Positions 45,431-51,433 of a stretch of 51,433 nt of DNA are shown here, one piece after another. The notes beneath the pieces were generated by a model. That model was not told where the DNA came from and made no database searches. It saw only the letters and a list, made by a program, of their open reading frames with translations. The DNA comes from a virus. Lineage: Duplodnaviria > Caudoviricetes. The position numbers and the translations under genes were made by a program. Within the stretch, counting starts at the first letter, position 1. Each line of letters starts with the position of its first letter. Location: positions 1-51,433 of the IMG/VR virus record IMGVR_UViG_3300024275_000004. The stretch is one strand, 5' to 3'.

Positions 45431-45619
45431 ATGACAATTGCTGCCGTCTTTGAATACGAAGATGGCTGTAGGTATGAACAAAGGTATGCCAGTAAGGGTA
45501 CCTTTCTTCGTGCTTTGCGTCGTCTAAAGAAAGCTACATTCCTTCATGCTGTGGATTATGAGAGGGGAATAGCTGTGAGACCCAGCAATCTCTGGGACTA
45601 TCGCAACCTGATTACCTAA
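45431..45619 (+). CDS. hypothetical protein (62 aa)
   Basis: ORF resumes the + strand after the HNH. Confidence 0.55.
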   Translation: MTIAAVFEYEDGCRYEQRYASKGTFLRALRRLKKATFLHAVDYERGIAVRPSNLWDYRNLIT

Positions 45620-45817
45620 TGCGACAACGCATTGGAGGGAACCGACAATGCTATCATCATTCGATGTCATGACGTGGCAAGTTAGAAGTGATGTTGCTCG
45701 CTTGCTTATGCCTGCCGTATTGTTCTGGTTTCCTATGCTAGATGCACAAGAGATATGGAAGTATTGGGCGAAGGAATCAGGGATTGGAAGAATTGAGGGA
45801 ATACCTAATATTGGGGG

Positions 45818-46171
45818 ATGGTAATGTGTGAATTTAAGAATGGGGATGTTGTGGAGTACGCCATGCCAGATTTAGCCATGCGTACTGTGGATAAGTGGGC
45901 TAAGGCTGAATATGTGGGCGTTAATCCTCATGACCGTTCATACCATGTCCTACAGAATGCGGGGGGTGTATTCATTACCCGTCTTCTCTCTCAGATTCGT
46001 AAGCCTAAGGTGAAGCGGGAAGGGTGGATTAATCTGTGGAAGACAGGGGGGATATCTCATCGCTGTGGAGGGGATATCTTTGATACTGAACTCAGTGCGA
46101 AGAACTACATAACAAGGGTAGGTAATTCTTCTACTTGTGTAGCTACTGTTCGTATTGAGTGGTATGAGTAG
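45818..46171 (+). CDS. hypothetical protein (~115 aa)
   Basis: GGGGGA SD; KREGWINL...ATVRIEW C-terminal pattern. Confidence 0.75.
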   Translation: MVMCEFKNGDVVEYAMPDLAMRTVDKWAKAEYVGVNPHDRSYHVLQNAGGVFITRLLSQIRKPKVKREGWINLWKTGGISHRCGGDIFDTELSAKNYITRVGNSSTCVATVRIEWYE

Positions 46172-46179
46172 TATCTTCC

Positions 46180-46348
46180 TCTAAGAAAGCTGGACGTAAT
46201 TGCCCCCCTACCCCCATACGTCTTATTAGCTCAGTGCTAGGCGTGAGAGAGTAGTCTTTCTTAGTATTCTGTTTCCTCTGAAGTCTCAGACAGTAACAGG
46301 AACATCCGCTGTTATGCGCCCCCTATGATGTTCTCAGCAATGAAGCTG
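46180..46348 (-). ncRNA. candidate structured antisense RNA with G-tracts
   Basis: Intergenic, directly downstream of promoter 46354-46386; stems CTAAGAAAG/CTTTCTTAG and GACGTA/TACGTC. Confidence 0.45.
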
Positions 46349-46353
46349 CATGT

Positions 46354-46386
46354 ATATATACCCTAGCAATTTATCTTTTTGGACAA
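46354..46386 (-). promoter_or_regulatory. putative phage-sigma promoter TTGTCCA-N18-GTATATAT, antisense to the early genes
   Basis: Variant of the repeated motif with the same spacer; intergenic. Confidence 0.65.
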
Positions 46387-46399
46387 AGGACCTGTAAAA

Positions 46400-48001
46400 A
46401 TGTACAAAATTGGTGATGAAGTGGTGCTGATTGATCCCCCTATGATTGGTGGCAGGTACAATAAGGGGGATGTGTTTGTCATCTCCAAAGAACAGTGGGA
46501 GAACGGCGGCAAACATCCATATATCAGGGCATATCCAAAGGGCAAGGAGAACAAGCCTGAGGAAGAGCGCACCTGGTACGTCACTCGCATTGCTCCCATG
46601 TGGAAGCTGTGGATGCCTGACATGGAGCCCCTGAAGAAAGGGGATATTGTCAAGATTGGTGAGCTTGTGGATGAGCGAGCTAATGGCTTTGAAGATTATG
46701 TAGGCATCGGCGCTGGTATGCGAGCACATATCGGAAAGACAACCACAGTAGCGAGGCATTGGCTAGGTAATGACGCCAATCAGATTGTCGAGCTTGCTGT
46801 TGATGAACACGAATTCATATGGAATGCCCGTTGGCTCTATGTGAAGAACGTCAATGCTGACGCTGTTGTCATTAAGCCTGCTGCTAAGTGGAAGGAAGGG
46901 GACATTGTTGTCTGCGTCAAGAAGATTGAGACGGACGATATGCGTTTCTCTCCCAAGATGGAGAAGATGTTAGCTGAGGCTAAGAAGTTCGCTGTTGAGA
47001 GGGTGGACGAGAAGAGTTTTGTTGTTCAGGGAGGGGGATGGTTCTGGCCCCAAGATTGTTTGGAGAAATACGACATGGCAAAGCATGCGCCAAAGAAGCA
47101 TAAGACAGTGACGCAATTGAAGGCTGACATTCGCAAGAAGGCACAAGAGGAAGGCGCTGGTAGTATGGCTTCGTATGCCGTCATTGTGAAAGATGAGAAG
47201 GGAATCCCCCATGCCATCACTCATCTTACTGATGTGTGTCATGCACGTCTGGATAAGGAATCGAATTACGATAAGCGTGACAAATGGGACAAGGCTGTCG
47301 CTGTCCTAGATTTCTTTAACAATGGAATTAAGCGTCATGCCAAGCGTATGCCTGAATACAAGGCGTATCTGTCCTACATCTTCACTCGTTCCCCTTGGGC
47401 TAGTGCATTCAAGAAGAAGGAAATGAAGAATGTCCTTCTCACAGGTGCTGAATACGATGTGAGCCAGCCTGCCGGTATTATCGCTGGCGCTGCCATTGCT
47501 GCACGTATGGCGTATGAATACCCGGAACGTCTGCCTGTCTTCTCCTTGGTACGGAAACATGCAAGCGAGGAAGCAGCATGGCTGTGCTTCTATGCCTTCT
47601 CCGTGAATGGGAAGAATTACACCCTGAATAACATGGGTGGTGGACATGAAGTGCTGGACGGTAACAACATGAAGCTGGATTGCATCATCAGCTTGTTCGC
47701 TAATGGCTATCCCGAGGAAGCATTCAAGGCTAAGCCTTACAGCGAAGTCAGTAAGTACCGTGTCTTTGCAACCATCGGAGATGACACGTATTACGATGGT
47801 GAGAAGAAGTGGAATCCTAAGTATGGCTTGGCAGGTACGTTCAAGAGGTATGTAAAGGACAATGCCAAGGATGTAGTTAAGGGCAAGGGATGGGCGCAAG
47901 TATCGGCATATGACGACAAAGCTATCATCGAATTCGCCAAGCAACTGGACGTTGTAATCAATGATGTTCGTAACAAGGCTGCCATAAAGGAGGCTGCATA
48001 A
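46400..48001 (+). CDS. hypothetical protein (533 aa) with three N-terminal KxGDxV repeats
   Basis: AAGGA SD before ATG 46400; TAATG overlap with the GATase gene. Confidence 0.85.
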   Translation: MYKIGDEVVLIDPPMIGGRYNKGDVFVISKEQWENGGKHPYIRAYPKGKENKPEEERTWYVTRIAPMWKLWMPDMEPLKKGDIVKIGELVDERANGFEDYVGIGAGMRAHIGKTTTVARHWLGNDANQIVELAVDEHEFIWNARWLYVKNVNADAVVIKPAAKWKEGDIVVCVKKIETDDMRFSPKMEKMLAEAKKFAVERVDEKSFVVQGGGWFWPQDCLEKYDMAKHAPKKHKTVTQLKADIRKKAQEEGAGSMASYAVIVKDEKGIPHAITHLTDVCHARLDKESNYDKRDKWDKAVAVLDFFNNGIKRHAKRMPEYKAYLSYIFTRSPWASAFKKKEMKNVLLTGAEYDVSQPAGIIAGAAIAARMAYEYPERLPVFSLVRKHASEEAAWLCFYAFSVNGKNYTLNNMGGGHEVLDGNNMKLDCIISLFANGYPEEAFKAKPYSEVSKYRVFATIGDDTYYDGEKKWNPKYGLAGTFKRYVKDNAKDVVKGKGWAQVSAYDDKAIIEFAKQLDVVINDVRNKAAIKEAA

Positions 48002-48621
48002 TGAATGTTTATATCGTTGGTGGTGGTGATGGAGCTTACCGTCGTCTGTTTGCAGAGTTGGGCTTTCTTATCACTTCGTCAATGCAGAAGGCTGATCTTG
48101 TTTGCTTCACTGGTGGTGCAGATGTCAGCCCCAGTTATTACGGAGCAGAGAAACACGAGACTACGTGGTCAGACAAGCATCGTGATGAAGAGGAAGCTTC
48201 TGTATTCGAGGATGCCTTGTTCCGTGAGATCCCTATGGTGGGCATCTGTCGGGGTGGACAATTCCTGAATGTCATGTCAGGTGGTGAGATGTACCAGGAT
48301 GTTAATAAACATGCCATTCATGGTACACACGAGATTACAGACCTTCAGACAGGCGAAAAGGTACAGGTGACATCTACCCATCACCAAATGATGAAACCGT
48401 CTCCTAGGGGCCTTCTCGTGGCTTCTAGTGGCCTTGGCGGTTATCGGGAATGGTGGGAAGGTGGTGTATTCGCTCGTGAACAGTCTCAAGAGGATGTTGA
48501 GGTGGTGTATTACGAGCATACGAATGCCTTGTGCTTCCAACCTCATCCTGAATTCGCTGGCTACCCTGCCATGCAAGAATACTTCGCTTCTCTCATTCGT
48601 CGCTTTCTCATTAAGGAATAA
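48001..48621 (+). CDS. class I glutamine amidotransferase / peptidase C26-like
   Basis: TGGADV, GICRGGQ (catalytic Cys), STHHQ, QPHPE. Confidence 0.92.
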   Translation: MNVYIVGGGDGAYRRLFAELGFLITSSMQKADLVCFTGGADVSPSYYGAEKHETTWSDKHRDEEEASVFEDALFREIPMVGICRGGQFLNVMSGGEMYQDVNKHAIHGTHEITDLQTGEKVQVTSTHHQMMKPSPRGLLVASSGLGGYREWWEGGVFAREQSQEDVEVVYYEHTNALCFQPHPEFAGYPAMQEYFASLIRRFLIKE

Positions 48622-48623
48622 TC

Positions 48624-48815
48624 ATGCAAATCGAACAAAACACTGTTGAATTTCAGCCTGTTGTCATCACCCTGGAAACTCAAGCTGAAGTGAATAGCCT
48701 ATTCAATGTCGTCCTTGTCTCGCAAGAGAATAAGAGCGCCCCTCTCACACCAGAGGAAGAAGCATTTGCCCTTGGTGTCGTCAATACGCTTGAGCCCTTC
48801 ACGACAGGCGAATAA
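48624..48815 (+). CDS. hypothetical protein (63 aa)
   Basis: AAGGA SD; FQPVVITLET..E. Confidence 0.7.
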   Translation: MQIEQNTVEFQPVVITLETQAEVNSLFNVVLVSQENKSAPLTPEEEAFALGVVNTLEPFTTGE

Positions 48816-48823
48816 AGAACACG

Positions 48824-48900
48824 CCCTCTGTAGCTCAGCGGATCAGAGCACAAACCTTCTAAGTTTGGGGTCGCATGTTCGAATCATGCCAGAGGGGCCA
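48824..48900 (+). tRNA. tRNA-Arg(TCT)
   Basis: 77-nt cloverleaf CCCTCTG...CAGAGGG-G-CCA; anticodon loop CTTCTAA. Confidence 0.93.
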
Positions 48901-48970
48901 CAATCAATTTGTTTTAAATCAGGTAGGGCAGGTACTACCATTCAATTTAAATCGCTCTATGAGGCTCTAA
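48900..48970 (+). repeat. 71-bp dispersed intergenic element, copy B
   Basis: 51/71 ungapped identity to 43986-44056. Confidence 0.7.
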
Positions 48971-48999
48971 ACGCTTCCTAGTGGCATTGGAGAGCTACT

Positions 49000-50325
49000 T
49001 TGTGTGGAATTATTGGGTGCGCAGGTGATTTGAACCTGAAAGATGAGAAAGCATTTAAGAATATGCTTGTCTTTGATTATGTACGAGGAGAAGACAGCAC
49101 AGGTGTTGCTGGTGTAGCGAAGCATGGCGGTGCTGTAGCTGTAGCGAAGGAAGTTGGACATCCGTTCAATCTCTTCGATACGAAACGATTCGATAAGCTC
49201 ATGTTTCCTAGCAATCGTGTGCTCATCGGTCACAATCGTTATGCTACACAAGGCGCAGTGAATGCCAAGAATGCTCACCCCTTTGACTTCGATGGGCTGG
49301 TGGGTGTGCATAACGGTACGCTGAATAACAAGAGCGTGTTAGAAGACCATAAGGACTTCGCTGTAGACAGCGAGAACCTTTACCATCACATCCATCTGTT
49401 CGGCCTTGAGGATGCCATTAAACGCATTCTAGGGGCATGGGCGCTAGTGTGGTGGGACAAGGACCAAGATACTCTTAACTTCCTGCGTAACAAGGAACGC
49501 CCCTTGTACATGTGCTACAGCGATGATGTTAAACGCATCTACTGGGCATCTGAAGAATGGATGTTGGATATCGCCCTTCAGCGTAACGACATCAAGTATC
49601 ACGCTCCCTTCCTGATTGAAGAGGATATGCACTACGCATTCCATGTTAAGAATGGTGGTGAGTTTGGTAAGCCGAATGTCAAGAAGGTGAAGAGCGAAGC
49701 TGTCCCTTTTGTTCAGGGCAACCGTGGGAAGGTCTCGAACATTCCTACGGCTGGTAAGTCCCAACAGCAACCGCAGCAACAGCAGCAGAAAGGGAATGGG
49801 GTTATTCATATGAAGATTAGTAACCCTGCCTCCCGCTATGACCTGGAATATCTAGGCAAGCGAGATGTGTTGTTGGAAGCTATGGCTACATGTGTGGACA
49901 CCAATGGTGGTGAGTATGTGGCTTGCTTCGATAAGGATAAGCCCTTCTACGAAGTGAGGTTGTATACCCATTCGGCTCATGACATTGATATGAATATCGG
50001 CTGTGAATTCACTGGGAATATCTCCGCATTCTCTCCCACCAATAATTCAGGAGAAGGCTTCTACAAGGTGAGTCCTTCCTCCATTCGACATAAAGTCGCA
50101 GCAGAGGATAAAGCCTCTGTTAAGGAGGAAGTTCTATACCCCACAGCAAAAGGAGTGTACCTCAAAGAAGACGAGTGGAGAAAGGTTCACGACGCTTGCG
50201 CTTGCTGTCAAGAACAGGTATCTCCACTAGGTAATAATCACCGATTCACCACATACAACGATTTGATTTGTGGGGATTGTATCGTTAATGAAAATGAATT
50301 GCTTCAATACGTCACACTGAAGTGA
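49000..50325 (+). CDS. class II (Ntn) glutamine amidotransferase domain protein with C-terminal Cys cluster
   Basis: MCGIIG, RGEDSTG, GHNRYATQG, NAHPF, HNGT, DSE; no SIS domain, so not a full GlmS. Confidence 0.92.
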   Translation: MCGIIGCAGDLNLKDEKAFKNMLVFDYVRGEDSTGVAGVAKHGGAVAVAKEVGHPFNLFDTKRFDKLMFPSNRVLIGHNRYATQGAVNAKNAHPFDFDGLVGVHNGTLNNKSVLEDHKDFAVDSENLYHHIHLFGLEDAIKRILGAWALVWWDKDQDTLNFLRNKERPLYMCYSDDVKRIYWASEEWMLDIALQRNDIKYHAPFLIEEDMHYAFHVKNGGEFGKPNVKKVKSEAVPFVQGNRGKVSNIPTAGKSQQQPQQQQQKGNGVIHMKISNPASRYDLEYLGKRDVLLEAMATCVDTNGGEYVACFDKDKPFYEVRLYTHSAHDIDMNIGCEFTGNISAFSPTNNSGEGFYKVSPSSIRHKVAAEDKASVKEEVLYPTAKGVYLKEDEWRKVHDACACCQEQVSPLGNNHRFTTYNDLICGDCIVNENELLQYVTLK

Positions 50326-50347
50326 CGCCACTTACATAGGACATATC

Positions 50348-51139
50348 ATGCAAATTCTCGTAGGCTGTGACCCGGAAGTGTTTGTTAAGCAGAATGGCGA
50401 ATTCAAGAGCGCTTTCGGTCTGATTAAAGGTGATAAGAAGAACCCTCAAAAGGTCAAGAATGGCGCTGTCCAAGTGGATGGCATGGCGTTGGAGTTCAAC
50501 ATTGATCCCGCAGCTAGCGAGGATGAGTTCTGCTTTAATGTGCAGGATGTGTTCAATACGATGTGCAAGATGGTGCCTGGCTATGAAGTGGTAGCCACGC
50601 CTGTTGCTCACTTCGATCTGTCCTATATGAAGACCCAACCCAAGGAGGCATTGGAGCTTGGTTGCGACCCTGATTATAACGCTTGGACTAATAGCGTTAA
50701 CGTTAAGCCCAATGGCGATCGTCCTATGCGGACCGCCTCAGGACATGTACATATTGGTTGGTGTGATGGTGCTGATATCAATAGTGCTGATCACATTCGC
50801 CGCTGTGAGCTGGTTGTAAAGCAGCTTGATTTCTTCCTTGGCCTTCCTTCGCTGGCATATGACAACGATAAGCTCCGTCGTGAAATGTATGGTAAGGCGG
50901 GTTGCTATCGACCTAAGTCGTATGGAGTGGAGTACCGCACCCTATCTAATGCCTGGCTCAAGAGCGAAGCCCTCATGCGATGGGTATATCGTGCCACGAA
51001 AGCGGGTGTTGAAAAAGTGATGGATGGTGTGATGTTGGAAGACGAGTTTGGCGATATCCAAGACATCATCAATAACAGCGACGCCAAGAAGGCGAAAGCT
51101 ATCATCAAAAAGGCCAAGCTGGAGGTTGCACATGCCTGA
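50348..51139 (+). CDS. phiEco32-like COOH-NH2 ligase type 2
   Basis: GCDPEVF, QVDGMALEFNI, GCDPDYNAW, SGHVHIG, RREMYGKAG.YRPKSYGVEYRTLSN. Confidence 0.92.
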   Translation: MQILVGCDPEVFVKQNGEFKSAFGLIKGDKKNPQKVKNGAVQVDGMALEFNIDPAASEDEFCFNVQDVFNTMCKMVPGYEVVATPVAHFDLSYMKTQPKEALELGCDPDYNAWTNSVNVKPNGDRPMRTASGHVHIGWCDGADINSADHIRRCELVVKQLDFFLGLPSLAYDNDKLRREMYGKAGCYRPKSYGVEYRTLSNAWLKSEALMRWVYRATKAGVEKVMDGVMLEDEFGDIQDIINNSDAKKAKAIIKKAKLEVAHA

Positions 51140-51433
51140 GATTGCAGTAGCAGATATTGAACAGCGTTACGCTAAAGCAGTTGTCATGTATAAGCGTAAG
51201 CCTGTGAAGGTGAAGAAGATCGGTCCTGACGGACAAATGCGCATCCTTGATCTGTTCTCTCAGCGAGAGGAGACGGTTCCCTTTAGCCTGAAAGACTTCA
51301 CCCCTCCTGCTCTTCGTATCGGCTTTGTGAATGTGAACGGCAGCGTAGTGTATGTCACTCGTAATCCCATTCGTCGCTACAAGGCAGGGCTGAGCAGTGA
51401 GAACACCTCTGTAGCCACTCTCCGTGTGCATTA
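51132..51433 (+). CDS. N-terminal part of the 201-aa hypothetical protein (continues to 431 across the join)
   Basis: GGAGG SD; ATG 51132 MPEIAVADIEQRY... Confidence 0.85.
   Translation, partial: MPEIAVADIEQRYAKAVVMYKRKPVKVKKIGPDGQMRILDLFSQREETVPFSLKDFTPPALRIGFVNVNGSVVYVTRNPIRRYKAGLSSENTSVATLRVH
51307..51433. repeat. 127-bp exact terminal direct repeat, copy 2
   Basis: Identical to 1-127. Confidence 0.95.

Noticed and set aside
49000-50325. Calling the class II GATase glmS
   Set aside because: No SIS isomerase domains.
51307-51433. 127-bp terminal repeat as the biological DTR
   Set aside because: Its length equals a common assembler k-mer and it lies inside a CDS; the true ends are more likely near 41-41.6 kb.
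1-51433. Integrase, repressor or single-subunit RNA polymerase
   Set aside because: No such motifs recognised, consistent with a lytic phage using host RNAP plus its own sigma.

Overview
The window is an apparently complete ~51.3 kb lytic podophage genome. Bases 1-127 recur exactly at 51307-51433, which is an assembly circularisation overlap, so unit length is about 51,306 bp. Gene content and the two-arm layout resemble Zobellviridae (PA11/CW02-type) and, more loosely, phiEco32/LUZ24-type phages; this is judged from recognised motifs, and no search was run. The + strand arm (about 41.6 kb, through the join, to 15.3 kb) carries three tandem sigma70 promoters, a ~900-nt non-coding structured leader with boxA-like sites, early genes, two tRNAs and a peptide-ligase cluster (class I and class II glutamine amidotransferases, COOH-NH2 ligase, amidoligase, ATP-grasp). 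It continues with primase-helicase, a phage ECF-type sigma factor, a family A DNA polymerase, SSB, exonuclease, HNH nucleases, ThyX, a phosphoesterase and class Ia RNR. The - strand arm (41 kb down to 15.4 kb) carries tail fibres/spikes, lysis genes, terminase, portal, tRNA-Thr, scaffold, capsid, tail and ejection proteins. The most notable hand-read signals are: (1) five copies of a bipartite motif TGTCCA-N18-GTA(C/T)(T/A)TA, a probable promoter consensus for the phage sigma factor; (2) a cassette of structured RNAs in the early leader, including a ~160-nt rod; (3) a structured antisense RNA candidate under one of those promoters; (4) Glu->Gln at the polymerase steric gate together with Tyr->Phe in motif B; (5) a split, modular receptor-binding-protein cassette; (6) an HNH cassette that appears to have displaced the 5' end of its neighbour.
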